DNA of 48,958 nucleotides, from contig CAZLFJ010000002.1 of the NCBI GenBank assembly GCA_964558795.1, positions 1-48,958 on the forward strand, given 5' to 3'. This document shows positions 16,764 through 25,535 of the stretch, piece after piece. This DNA comes from Candidatus Woesearchaeota archaeon (GTDB taxonomy: Archaea > Nanobdellota > Nanobdellia > Pacearchaeales > GW2011-AR1). The notes beneath the pieces were generated by a model, which had not been told where the DNA came from, searched no databases, and saw only the letters and a program-made list of their open reading frames with translations. The position numbers and the translations under genes are program-made. Within the stretch, counting starts at the first letter, position 1, and every line of letters begins with the position of its first letter.

Positions 16764-16771
16764 TTTAAAAA
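16764..16771. promoter_or_regulatory. single TATA element shared by divergent genes
   Basis: TTTAAAAA is centred exactly midway between the ATG at 16742 (minus strand) and the ATG at 16793 (plus strand), 25-26 nt from each. Confidence 0.5.
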
Positions 16772-16792
16772 TGCTTTGAAACATCAAATTCT

Positions 16793-16990
16793 ATGCTAAT
16801 ACCTATAAGATGCTTTTCCTGTGGAAAGCCAATTGCTCACTTGTGGAAAGAATTCAAAGAAAGAGTGGCAAAAGGCGAAGATTCTGGAGACGTAATGACT
16901 GAACTGGGTCTTGATAGATATTGCTGCAGAGCAATGTTCTTAGGTCAAGAAGATTATATAGATTTAGTTAATCGGTTCAAGAAGTTCTAA
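16793..16990 (+). CDS. rpoN: DNA-directed RNA polymerase subunit N (Rpo10)
   Basis: MLIPIRCFSCGKPIAHLWKEF...LDRYCCRAMF is the invariant RpoN/Rpb10 zinc-bundle pattern. Confidence 0.95.
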   Translation: MLIPIRCFSCGKPIAHLWKEFKERVAKGEDSGDVMTELGLDRYCCRAMFLGQEDYIDLVNRFKKF

Positions 16991-17123
16991 GAATATTCTG
17001 AGATATTTATTTTATCTTCAATAGTCTATTAAGATTTATATAAATCCTTTTAAATCATTTATTTTTATTTATCATATGGGATTGATCGAATTTTTAGATA
17101 CGCCCGAAGCAAAGTTAGGGTAG

Positions 17124-17324
17124 ATGACAACTCATGCATTACTTACAAGATTTACTAAACCTATATTTTTAGATTTATATCTTCCAGATACATACGATAC
17201 AGGGCAATTAATGTTCGTTTTGCAAGACAAATTAGATGGCAAAGATATTGAACCTGAGAAGGTAAACCGCCTAAATAATACCAAGAAACCCTCAAAGGGA
17301 TTATTTCAAGAGATTAACTGGTAG
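17124..17324 (+). CDS. hypothetical small protein (possibly a fragment of a decayed gene)
   Basis: 66-aa ORF immediately preceded by an in-frame 15-codon ORF and a TAG. Local G+C is higher than in the flanks. Confidence 0.3.
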   Translation: MTTHALLTRFTKPIFLDLYLPDTYDTGQLMFVLQDKLDGKDIEPEKVNRLNNTKKPSKGLFQEINW

Positions 17325-17379
17325 GGTTGGACAAGGAATAGAATCCTCATTCAAGTTTGGGGGGAGAGAAGATATAGAA

Positions 17380-17628
17380 ATGGCCCATAGGTATGATTCT
17401 TGGCACATTACCGAACATGCGCTTTTAGATAATCACACATTTGCAAGAGAAGGCTTTTCAGAGGTTAGAGTTCTCCATAGATACAGAGATGGAGAAAGAG
17501 CAGAATGGTCTGCCAAAACACAAGAATATCTCAATTCTAAAGAGAACCAAGGGTTTGATAGGATTTATTCTTTAATTGCTCCTTTCGTGGGGAGAACAAA
17601 TGCTCCTGCTAAGATAGATAGGGCATAA
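17380..17628 (+). CDS. hypothetical small protein (possibly a fragment of a decayed gene)
   Basis: 82-aa ORF in a different frame from 17124-17324. Non-low-complexity sequence. Confidence 0.35.
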   Translation: MAHRYDSWHITEHALLDNHTFAREGFSEVRVLHRYRDGERAEWSAKTQEYLNSKENQGFDRIYSLIAPFVGRTNAPAKIDRA

Positions 17629-17636
17629 GATCACCT

Positions 17637-18158
17637 TCAAATTAGACTATCTAGTTTAATCACTTCAATACCCTCTGAAGCGTATTTTTCTATTTCTTCC
17701 TCTTGCAAAGATTCCATAATCTTTGGATGTTCTTTGTCACTTTCTCTTTTCAATCCTAAAAATCCTTCACGTGGAATTTTTCCAGTATATGCTCTAGCAA
17801 TCCCTTGCCCCTTCAAGAATCTAACTGCCTCTTGGATAGAATATACTAGATCTCTATCTCTTGGAACATATAATTCTTGCAATTTGTTTCCTTGCCTAAA
17901 ATAAGTTTCCACGCCTTCAAAGCAATTATTTTGGGTTGCAGTATAATTATCACAAACATGAAACACATAATATCTCTGGTTCATCTTCTGTCTTCCCATA
18001 AAGTTTAGGCCCTCAATTAATTTGTTTCGTTCTTCAGGCGAAATAGTTAGAGCATTTAATACTTCAAGTTTTTCCAAGGTGCTTTTTAAGTTAGCAATGT
18101 CTCGTTCGTCGAATTCAAAAGCCAATGTTTCAAGGGTTTCTCTATCTGTTTTAAACAT
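17637..18158 (-). CDS. hypothetical protein
   Basis: 173-aa ORF with ordinary composition and no recognised motif. Confidence 0.5.
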   Translation of the reverse strand: MFKTDRETLETLAFEFDERDIANLKSTLEKLEVLNALTISPEERNKLIEGLNFMGRQKMNQRYYVFHVCDNYTATQNNCFEGVETYFRQGNKLQELYVPRDRDLVYSIQEAVRFLKGQGIARAYTGKIPREGFLGLKRESDKEHPKIMESLQEEEIEKYASEGIEVIKLDSLI

Positions 18159-18220
18159 ATTTGTAAAAATAAACTATTCCTTTTAACGAAATTGGTGTTT
18201 GAATGGATATATTGATATTA

Positions 18221-18919
18221 TTATTTTATATCCAAAATCTTCAAAATTTCAGGAATTTCTTTTATTGTGAAATTTGGTTTTTGATAATCTTCGCTCCATT
18301 TAAATTCTGTAGAAGTTTTATTGGAAATCAAAACAGTATCCAATCCAACCGAGTTTCCACCTTCAATGTCATTTATGGGATTGTCTCCAATCATAATCGC
18401 ATCTGCTGGGAGAACATTTAGCTTATTCAATGCCAATAAAAACACAATAGCATTTGGTTTTTCACTTCCTGCTTCTTCAGAGGTTACCCAAAAATCAATA
18501 TATGGGGTTATTCCCAACTTAGACATTTTTCTTAGTTGGATTATTGTAGTCATGTCAGAAATAATCGCAGTTCTAAGTCCTGCTTCTTTAATTTTTTTCA
18601 GTGTTTTTATTACATCTTTTCCAATTTTCATATTTTTTATAAAGAAATCCCAATAAGTATTATTAAGTCTCAAAACAATTTCAGAATCTATTGTATGGTG
18701 GGTTTTTTCAACAAGTCTTTGAAAATATAAAACCCTATTATGTGCTGAGGCGGTTCCTGCCAATTCTCTTTGAATCTCTTTTCTTGAAATTTTATACAAG
18801 TGAAGAAATTCTTCCAATGAAATTTTCAATTCTTTTTTAAAAATCCTATGAGCCTCTTTCAGAGCTTTTTCATGAACTGGACGATAACTATAGAGAGTAT
18901 CGTCCAAATCAAAAAGCAC
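18221..18919 (-). CDS. HAD-superfamily hydrolase
   Basis: Motif I FDLDDTLY, motif II ISDMT, motif IV GDNPINDIEGG. GTG start. Confidence 0.85.
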   Translation of the reverse strand: MLFDLDDTLYSYRPVHEKALKEAHRIFKKELKISLEEFLHLYKISRKEIQRELAGTASAHNRVLYFQRLVEKTHHTIDSEIVLRLNNTYWDFFIKNMKIGKDVIKTLKKIKEAGLRTAIISDMTTIIQLRKMSKLGITPYIDFWVTSEEAGSEKPNAIVFLLALNKLNVLPADAIMIGDNPINDIEGGNSVGLDTVLISNKTSTEFKWSEDYQKPNFTIKEIPEILKILDIK

Positions 18920-18960
18920 ACCCTTTTATTAGCCATAATTTTTAATGGGAAATATTGTTT

Positions 18961-19206
18961 TTAAGCTTTCACTTTCCACCTAAACTTCTTTCCACATTCA
19001 GCGCATTCAACATTTAAACAATCTCCTTTAATTCTTCTTTTAGCATTTTTCAAAGAGGCATAGCATTTTTGACAGAACTCTCTTCGTAGTTTTCCCAGTT
19101 TGATATTATTCTTCATTGCGAGTCTTTTCGCAACCTTGTTGCTCTTAACTTCTTTTTCAGAGATTAGTTCTTTAATTTTTTCAAGCGTCTTCTCTCTTTT
19201 GGCCAT
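18961..19206 (-). CDS. rnp4: RNase P protein component 4 (Rpp21/Rpr2 family)
   Basis: Basic helical N-terminus followed by the zinc ribbon FCQKCYASL...VECAECGKKFRW, typical of archaeal Rpp21. Confidence 0.75.
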   Translation of the reverse strand: MAKREKTLEKIKELISEKEVKSNKVAKRLAMKNNIKLGKLRREFCQKCYASLKNAKRRIKGDCLNVECAECGKKFRWKVKA

Positions 19207-19253
19207 AAATCTTCTAGAAAAAAGAAGTATAAAAACATTAGTAAAAAAATAGG

Positions 19254-19363
<110 letters not shown>

Positions 19364-19366
<3 letters not shown>

Positions 19367-20572
19367 GTTAATGCTATCTTGGAGGGTTTTTAAAACTATC
19401 TTTTTAGCATATTCATCTGAAAACACCCTTTTCTTCTCTTGACTAACCTCTTCTGTAATAATGTCAATGACCCTTTGGGCTTGTTCTCTTGTAACTTCAA
19501 TTCCTAATAACTTTTTTGCTTTTTCATGAACTCCATGATATCCCGAATGTGGGCCAAGTACTATTTCTGTCTCTCTCCCCACCGACCCAGCATGAACAGC
19601 ACCCTCGTATGTTTTTGAATTTGCAATAACTCCATGCTGATGAATTCCTGCTTTGTGAGAAAATGCACAAGTTCCTGTAACTGGAGCAAAGTCATTTCGG
19701 GTCTCTGTTGCCTTGCTTACCATTTGAGAAATCCTCCAAATCAATTCACCTCTTAGTCTTGTATTAAACTTCCCCTTAAAAATCTCGTGAGCAACTATTA
19801 CTTCCAATTTGCAGTTTCCTGCCCTCTCTCCGATTCCATTTATAGTGCACTCAACTTGTTTGGCCCCATTTGAAATCCCATATAGGCTGTTTATTGTTGC
19901 CAAATCTAAATCATTATGGCAATGCACACTAGTAATAACCTCTGGATTTATAGATTTGACGAATTCAGTGATTTGTTTAACCAATCTACCAAATTCCTCA
20001 GGATATGAAACTCCTGCGGTATCTGGGATATTCACAACATTAACGCCTTCTGAAACAGCCATTCCATAAATTCTTTTAAGAACCTCAAGGGGGGTTCTTG
20101 TTGCATCTTCGCAACTAAGTTCTACTCTACGAAAAAGACCTTTCGCAATCCTTACAGACTCCAAAATCATTTTTTCGATAGTATCATAATCTTTTTTCAT
20201 CTTATCAAAAACTTGAACCTCCGAGGTTGGCATAAACAAATGAATCATTCTTCTAGAATAATCTTTCATAGATTCATAGGCAGATTCTATGTCCTCTCCC
20301 TTACATCTAGCTAAACTACAAACATAGGGCCTTCGCACAACTTTACAGATTTCTTGGATTGTTTCAAAGTTTTGCCTATTTGATCCTGCAAAACCTGCTT
20401 CGATTACATCTGCACCAATTTCTTCAAGTTTTTCTGCAATCTTTAATTTGTCTCTAAGATACATTGTACAAAGGGCACTTTGTTCACCATCTCTTAAAGT
20501 GGTATCAAAAACAGAAATAGGTTTTCTCTCGACAAGCGGGTTAGAATTAGTATAATCCATTGAAGTTTCCAA
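19364..20572 (-). CDS. HMGL-like aldolase of the 2-isopropylmalate / citramalate / homocitrate synthase family, without a LeuA regulatory domain
   Basis: SVFDTTLRDGEQS, HCHNDLDLATINS and the TIM-barrel length (402 aa). Substrate specificity cannot be read from the sequence. Confidence 0.8.
19387..19395 (-). promoter_or_regulatory. TATA box for 5S rRNA, embedded in the 3-prime end of the upstream CDS
   Basis: The minus strand reads GTTTTAAAAAC, centred ~25 nt upstream of the 5S 5-prime end. Confidence 0.5.
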
Positions 20573-20760
20573 AAAGATTTAGAAATAAGGAAACCCTAGT
20601 TACAAAATGAGCAAAGCTAATAGCAAACTGCTATTCTCTACTTTTTGTATTTGGGCAAACATGTATCTTTTACATTTTCAGCCTTTTTAAATTTTTTGAT
20701 TGATCGATTTTAGCATCCAATTATAACAATTCTTTTAAAGAGCCATTTAGTAGAAAACCT

Positions 20761-21336
20761 ATGGCAAAACCAATAGTACCAATAGTACTAAGAGTTATTA
20801 CTCCAACAATGGAAGAAGTTTGGAAATACTCTTGAGAATCCATTAGACAAAATCCCCACTATTATTCTGCGGATAAATTTAGTTCTCTTTTTAAAGACTG
20901 TTATGCGGGGTTCGAGGGGGATCTTGAAGTTTATTTTTTACCTAAAAAAAACACAATTATTAATAATGGACGGTCAAAAGCAAGAGCGATTTCCAAAAGA
21001 AGATTTGACGAAATAAGAAAAGGTCATCACCTAGTTTTTGCAGATTTAGTTGTTCCAACAGATTTTGGCAAGGTTAGCTACCTTTCCGAGCGAAGATATC
21101 TCTTAGCAAATCTTTATACAGAACCAGAAAGAAATGTCTCCACCCCAATAGTTTTGTCTTTAAAAAAGCATTTATCTTTTAAAAAGCATTTCGAAATAAT
21201 CGGCGCAGAGATAGAACAAAGCTCTCAATCTGAAGGAGCCTCAACAAAGACCGAATTAAGAAGAGCTAGGGATCTTGGATGCTTGGCAGATTATCTTGAA
21301 TATTTTCCAAATCAACCCACAACCTTAAAAACCTAA
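20761..21336 (+). pseudogene. 192-codon reading frame with a single in-frame TGA at 20833-20835; unknown protein
   Basis: ATG at 20761, 24 codons (MAKPIVPIVLRVITPTMEEVWKYS), a TGA, then 166 open codons in the same frame to a TAA at 21334-21336. There is no ATG, GTG or TTG between the TGA and the TTG at 21154. Confidence 0.45.
21324..21331 (+). promoter_or_regulatory. TATA box for RNase P RNA
   Basis: CTTAAAAA is centred ~25 nt upstream of 21353 and lies inside the 3-prime end of the upstream reading frame. Confidence 0.45.
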
Positions 21337-21352
21337 AAACTCTCTAATAAAT

Positions 21353-21745
21353 GTAAGTAAGATAGCCAACTTCGGGATTCAAGGTTAATGGCCTAGAAAT
21401 TCTAAAATGAGTTTCGAATTCTGAGGAAGGTCCGCACATCTTTGCTTTTTAACGAAGCAAATCGAAAGAAATCATCCTTGCAAAAGGACTGTCGCGAGGC
21501 AGAGCACCATAACAGAAATGACACTGCTCTTGTATATGGGAATGATGTTGGCCTTGAAAAGTCTTTGATAGTAATGTCAAAAAACTCTCAAGGGAAGCAA
21601 CTGACGCCTACAAAGAGAATAGCTGAAACAGATGCCTTTATTGATGCAACTCCCAGATCTTGAGGAGGCTTAGTTGGATGTTGGCACAGATTGTTTGTCC
21701 CTCGGGAAACAAAGTCTGACAGAAAGCGGCCTATTTCTTACTTAC
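21353..21745 (+). ncRNA. rnpB: RNase P RNA (archaeal)
   Basis: - CR-I/P4 motif TGAGGAAGGTCCGCAC at ~21421-21436.
- CR-V motif GACAGAAAGCGGCC at ~21718-21731.
- P1 pairs GTAAGTAAGATAGCC (21353-21367) with GGCCTATTTCTTACTTAC (21728-21745).

The tracked ORF 21442-21663 lies inside this RNA and is spurious. Confidence 0.85.
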
Positions 21746-21805
21746 AGCGGGATGAAAATCCCGCTCTTAATTTCTAAGAAATTAAGCGTTTCGTGTTCGT
21801 CAGAC
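21726..21805 (+). repeat. structured tandem repeat, copy A: RNase P P1 3-prime strand, GAAA-capped hairpin, second hairpin, conserved tail
   Basis: GCGGCCTATTTCTTACTTAC-AGCGGGAT GAAA ATCCCGCT-CTTAATTTC TAA GAAATTAAG-CGTTTCGTGTTCGTCAGAC. Confidence 0.75.
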
Positions 21806-21846
21806 TTCGGCTGAAAAAATTTCTTATTTTTGAAACCCTACTTCAA

Positions 21847-21890
21847 GTTTCTTTGCTTGGAAGAAATCTTTTTTTGTTAAAGAAAGAGAG
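21847..21890 (+). repeat. ~44-nt hairpin repeat family, copy R2
   Basis: GTTTCTTTGCTTGGAAGAAATCTTTTTTTGTTAAAGAAAGAGAG. 38 of 44 nt identical to R1 (8200-8243). Confidence 0.75.
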
Positions 21891-21893
21891 TTT

Positions 21894-21974
21894 GCGGGCT
21901 ATTTCTTACTTATAGTGGGGCGAAAGCTCCACTTAAAATTCAAAGAATTTTAGAGCGTTTCATGTTCGTCAGCC
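21894..21974 (+). repeat. structured tandem repeat, copy B
   Basis: GCGGGCTATTTCTTACTTAT-AGTGGGGC GAAA GCTCCACT-CTTAAAATTC AAA GAATTTTAG-AGCGTTTCATGTTCGTCAGCC. Both hairpins are preserved through compensatory substitutions. Confidence 0.75.
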
Positions 21975-21989
21975 AAACAAAATTTTCTA

Positions 21990-22033
21990 TCTTCTTTCTT
22001 GGGGTTTAGAGAATCTTTTCTTATCGGCGGTAG
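21990..22033 (+). repeat. ~44-nt repeat family, diverged copy R3
   Basis: TCTTCTTTCTTGGGGTTTAGAGAATCTTTTCTTATCGGCGGTAG shares the 5-prime half (TTCTTT-N-TTGG..AGA.ATCTTT) but lacks the 3-prime hairpin arm. Confidence 0.35.
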
Positions 22034-22090
22034 TACAAAAGTCTCAGTTGAAATGGACAGGTTTTTAAATTCTTACTTTCTTAAGACTCT

Positions 22091-23242
22091 ATGAATATCG
22101 CAATAGTTGGAGATTCCATTAATCTTCAAAGTGCAGGTTCTCTTGTATCTGCTTGGAGATTTGCAACACTACTCGCAAAAAGGGGACATAAAGTGGTTTT
22201 AATAACTACTGGTGAAAAAGAAAATTTTGAAATTGCAGAAGGAGTAAGAATTTATCATATCCTCTCCAAGAAAACACCCTTCCTGGAAGGTTCATGGAGG
22301 GTTCCTCCTTTCGTTTCAAAAACCAAACTAAGAAAGATTTTTCTAAATGAAAATATCGATGTTACTCATTTTGTTATTCCTACCCCCCTTTGTTATTTCG
22401 CAACAAAGGTTTCCAGAAGTTTGAAAATTCCTGTTGTTAGTCACTTTCATACACAACCAGAAAACCTTCTTATACTATTAAAACTAAAAGGAAAATTTTT
22501 TAATTCTCTATTTTACAAATTTTCTGGTTGGTTTTACAAGAAATCAGATGTTTTAATTTGTCCATCCAAATTTGGTCAAGAAAGAATATCTTCATATGTT
22601 AATTCTCTCAAAACCGAGGTAATAAGTAATGGGGTAGATCTTTCCAAATTCAAAAAGGAAAGGCCAAAAGCTAGTTTTTTTAAAAAGTTTAAAATTCCAA
22701 AAAACCACAAAATTGTTCTTTTCGTCGGTAGGCTTTGGCCAGAAAAAAACATTAAAACTCTAATCCTATCCATGCAACACTTAAGAAAAGAAAAAATCTG
22801 CCTTGTAATCGTTGGAAAAAAAGAAAAACAATATCCCCATCTTAAAGGTATTTCAAAAAAACTTTCCTTAGAGGAAAAAATATTCTTTTTAGGAAGGGTT
22901 AATTCAGAAGATTTAAATGATTCATATAATGCTGCAACAATCTTTTGTCTACCTTCTATTGCAGAATTAGAGGGAATAGTTATTTTGGAAGCAATGGCTC
23001 ATGGAAAACCCCTTCTTGTTTCTGATTCTAATGGTTCTGCTTCAAAATTCTTTGTTGAAAAAAATGGCTATATTTTTAATACTTTTGATGATAGGGATTT
23101 AGCTTATAAAATAAAAAAAATTTGTTCTGATGAAAAATTAGCTTCTAAAATGGGTTCCAAAAGTCTAGAATCTGTAAAAAATTATGATATAGAAAAAAGC
23201 GTAGATAAATTAGTCTCTATTTATTCTAGTCTTTTGAGATGA
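22091..23242 (+). CDS. glycosyltransferase, GT4 family
   Basis: GT-B fold pattern with the C-terminal ELEGIVILEAMAHGKPLLVSD (EX7E motif). Confidence 0.85.
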   Translation: MNIAIVGDSINLQSAGSLVSAWRFATLLAKRGHKVVLITTGEKENFEIAEGVRIYHILSKKTPFLEGSWRVPPFVSKTKLRKIFLNENIDVTHFVIPTPLCYFATKVSRSLKIPVVSHFHTQPENLLILLKLKGKFFNSLFYKFSGWFYKKSDVLICPSKFGQERISSYVNSLKTEVISNGVDLSKFKKERPKASFFKKFKIPKNHKIVLFVGRLWPEKNIKTLILSMQHLRKEKICLVIVGKKEKQYPHLKGISKKLSLEEKIFFLGRVNSEDLNDSYNAATIFCLPSIAELEGIVILEAMAHGKPLLVSDSNGSASKFFVEKNGYIFNTFDDRDLAYKIKKICSDEKLASKMGSKSLESVKNYDIEKSVDKLVSIYSSLLR

Positions 23243-23836
23243 TTCAATCTTGAACAAGATAATCGATGCTATACTTGCTCCAATAAAGTTCGCACACAAA
23301 TCTAGCAGGGTATTATAATATTCTCCTACTCCATTTACCTCAAATGACTTTGAAACAAATTCTACGATTTCATAAGCGGAGGCTGCTCCAAATCCTGCAA
23401 GAAGTATAAGGAAAAATAAGAATGCGGAGGGAATTGCTCTTTCCCTATTAGAATATTTCATTAGCCTATACAAAACAATAGTACAGATAGCTCCCCCGTA
23501 GGCATGAACAACCTGATCAAATTTTATTGCAGTCATTTCAGGACTTATAGAAAATAATCTTATTGGAATCAATTCATAAAGTCTGATACCATTAATTTTA
23601 ATTATTCCCCCAGCACATAGATTAACAACTACTAAGAGAACTAAACCTAACAAAAGACTAGTTGAGATTTTTATTTTTTTTACTAGGAAGATTATAAAAG
23701 GGATACTAATTAGAAATGTCAAAAGACCATAATAAATAAATTCTGCATCTTTCAATTTCCAATAAAAAAGAGTTATAGACAAAACTATAAGTGCCAAAAT
23801 AAATATTATAATTGTTTGTAATTTTTCTCTTTTCAT
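23210..23836 (-). CDS. polytopic membrane protein, paralog of 48169-48804 (possibly DUF2238/YjdF-like)
   Basis: Shares FDQVVHAY...YEIVEF...GEYYNTLLDLCANFIGA with YDQAIHLY...NEVIEF...GDYYNTALDLVFNLLGA in the other copy. Confidence 0.6.
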   Translation of the reverse strand: MKREKLQTIIIFILALIVLSITLFYWKLKDAEFIYYGLLTFLISIPFIIFLVKKIKISTSLLLGLVLLVVVNLCAGGIIKINGIRLYELIPIRLFSISPEMTAIKFDQVVHAYGGAICTIVLYRLMKYSNRERAIPSAFLFFLILLAGFGAASAYEIVEFVSKSFEVNGVGEYYNTLLDLCANFIGASIASIILFKIESSQKTRINRD

Positions 23837-24846
23837 TTTTTTTCTAACAAAACTTCTTTTAATATCTTTTTAAGCCTTTCTCCATTTTTCTTTAAATCTC
23901 TCTCAGCTGCAATTCTTCTAGCTTCTCTCCCCAATTCTACCCTTTTCTGTTTATTTTCCATTAGATTTTCTAATGCCTTTGTAAATTCTTTTTGGTTTTT
24001 TCCAAATATACAGCTTTTATTTTCTTCAAGGTATGATTTGAAAACAGGGATATCTCTAAGTAATAGGGGTCTTTTCATAGCTGCAGCCTCAAGAACTACG
24101 ATTCCCTCATTTTCTTCGTAGCTTGGAAAGAAAAAAACATCACTCGCACTATAGGCTCCCAAAATGTCTTTTACATAACCCACATATTTAAAATTTTCTG
24201 GAGCATTTTCTAATGCCCTGTTTATTTCTTTGTTATTTGCTATTTTACGATTATATTTTCCAATCCAAACAAAATCAAAATCTCTCAACTTTTTTGCAAC
24301 AGCTATAAAATCTAAAATACCTTTTCTAGCAAAAAACATTCCCACTCCTAAAACTATTGGTTTATTCAAATTAAAATCTTTTCGAAATTGTCTAGCTCTA
24401 GAAATATTTGGATTCCATTTTACAGTATCAACTCCATTGCTGAGAACAACTATATTTTTATTCGTTAGTCTAGGATATTTTGATTTTAAAAGATTTTTTG
24501 TATACTCTGATGGGGCAAGAATTAGATCCGCCCCGGAGTAAAGAAAGTTTAGCCAAATCTTAAGAATTTTAGAAAGAGGGTTTGAAAAAATCATACTGTC
24601 TCTAAAATCTTCGGCAGTCATATGTGCATAGACTATAACTTTCTTGTTTTTTCTTCTTGCTTTCCTTATTGCTAAATAGCTTTTTAACCATGTAGAATTA
24701 ACAAGAAGAATGTCATAATCTTCCAATGGATCTTTGGTATATTCAACCCCACTAAGTTTCAATTCTTCTTCTTGATGTTCAAAAGACTTCCAAATTCCAC
24801 AACCCCTATATAAATTGGGGTTTTCAAGATATAAACAAACCTTCAT
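23833..24846 (-). CDS. glycosyltransferase, GT4 family
   Basis: ENEGIVVLEAAAMKRPLLLRD (EX7E) and a GT-B layout. Confidence 0.85.
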   Translation of the reverse strand: MKVCLYLENPNLYRGCGIWKSFEHQEEELKLSGVEYTKDPLEDYDILLVNSTWLKSYLAIRKARRKNKKVIVYAHMTAEDFRDSMIFSNPLSKILKIWLNFLYSGADLILAPSEYTKNLLKSKYPRLTNKNIVVLSNGVDTVKWNPNISRARQFRKDFNLNKPIVLGVGMFFARKGILDFIAVAKKLRDFDFVWIGKYNRKIANNKEINRALENAPENFKYVGYVKDILGAYSASDVFFFPSYEENEGIVVLEAAAMKRPLLLRDIPVFKSYLEENKSCIFGKNQKEFTKALENLMENKQKRVELGREARRIAAERDLKKNGERLKKILKEVLLEKK

Positions 24847-24852
24847 AGCAAT

Positions 24853-25467
24853 TTAAGAATAGTTTAATTTAAAAGTCTTTCTTCTTAATATCCTAATAAT
24901 CATAATCTTTGTAATAAAAAATAAGAACAAACCCGCAAGAATTATTGCCCCTGCAAGATTTATTTTATTTTGATATGATAAAAATGTGCTTAATCCTATT
25001 ACTAAATTATATGCTAGAAAGGATATTAGTCCATTAAAGAATACTGCCAAAATAATTGTATTCAAAATAAACTCTTTTAAAGAAGTTCCCTTATGGCCTA
25101 GGTAGAGTATTCCTGGCACTGCAGTAATAGAAAAAAGTTTTATAAGAAACATAAAACCAAAAAGATTTGAATCTAATTGCTTTTTCGCTTTTCCAATCAT
25201 CTCTTCGTTTACGATTAATCTTACCTTTGAAGTGATTATATTCAACCTTATCCTTTTTCCTATAAAAAAATAAACTGTGTCTCCAATAACATCTCCCAAA
25301 ATTGCAAGAAACAAAATTAGCCAGATATTCAAAAATTCCGTTGTAGCCGCCATAGCTGAAGCAACAAAGTTTACTACTGGACCTTCTAAAAGAAAAAGAA
25401 AGAAGAGGGTTAGATAAACTCCTGTCAAACTTAGATTTCCTAGTATTTCTTCAAGCATCCAATTCAA
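24853..25467 (-). CDS. DedA/VTT-domain family membrane protein
   Basis: LLEGPVVNFVASAMA...AILGDVIGDTVYFFIGKR matches the DedA core pattern. Confidence 0.7.
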   Translation of the reverse strand: MNWMLEEILGNLSLTGVYLTLFFLFLLEGPVVNFVASAMAATTEFLNIWLILFLAILGDVIGDTVYFFIGKRIRLNIITSKVRLIVNEEMIGKAKKQLDSNLFGFMFLIKLFSITAVPGILYLGHKGTSLKEFILNTIILAVFFNGLISFLAYNLVIGLSTFLSYQNKINLAGAIILAGLFLFFITKIMIIRILRRKTFKLNYS

Positions 25468-25535
25468 AACTTTTTGTTCTTTATAAATCTGTTCAATACA
25501 GATAGCTTTTTTAATTAGTATTTTATAATGGGTGG

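Noticed and set aside
20598-20609. The 12-nt string TAGTTACAAAAT upstream of the isopropylmalate-synthase-like gene matches the core of the 31-nt island operator.
   Set aside because: Only 12 nt match, the orientation relative to the gene is opposite, and no adjacent TTTAAA box sits at the same spacing. A chance match is plausible in AT-rich DNA.
20833-20835. Stop-codon reassignment (UGA, UAA or UAG read as sense) as an explanation for the in-frame stops.
   Set aside because: Each of the three stop codons also terminates well-supported conserved genes in this window at the expected protein length, and the interrupted frames use all three different stops.
21442-21663. 73-aa ORF in the supplied track.
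   Set aside because: It lies entirely inside the RNase P RNA, between the CR-I and CR-V motifs.
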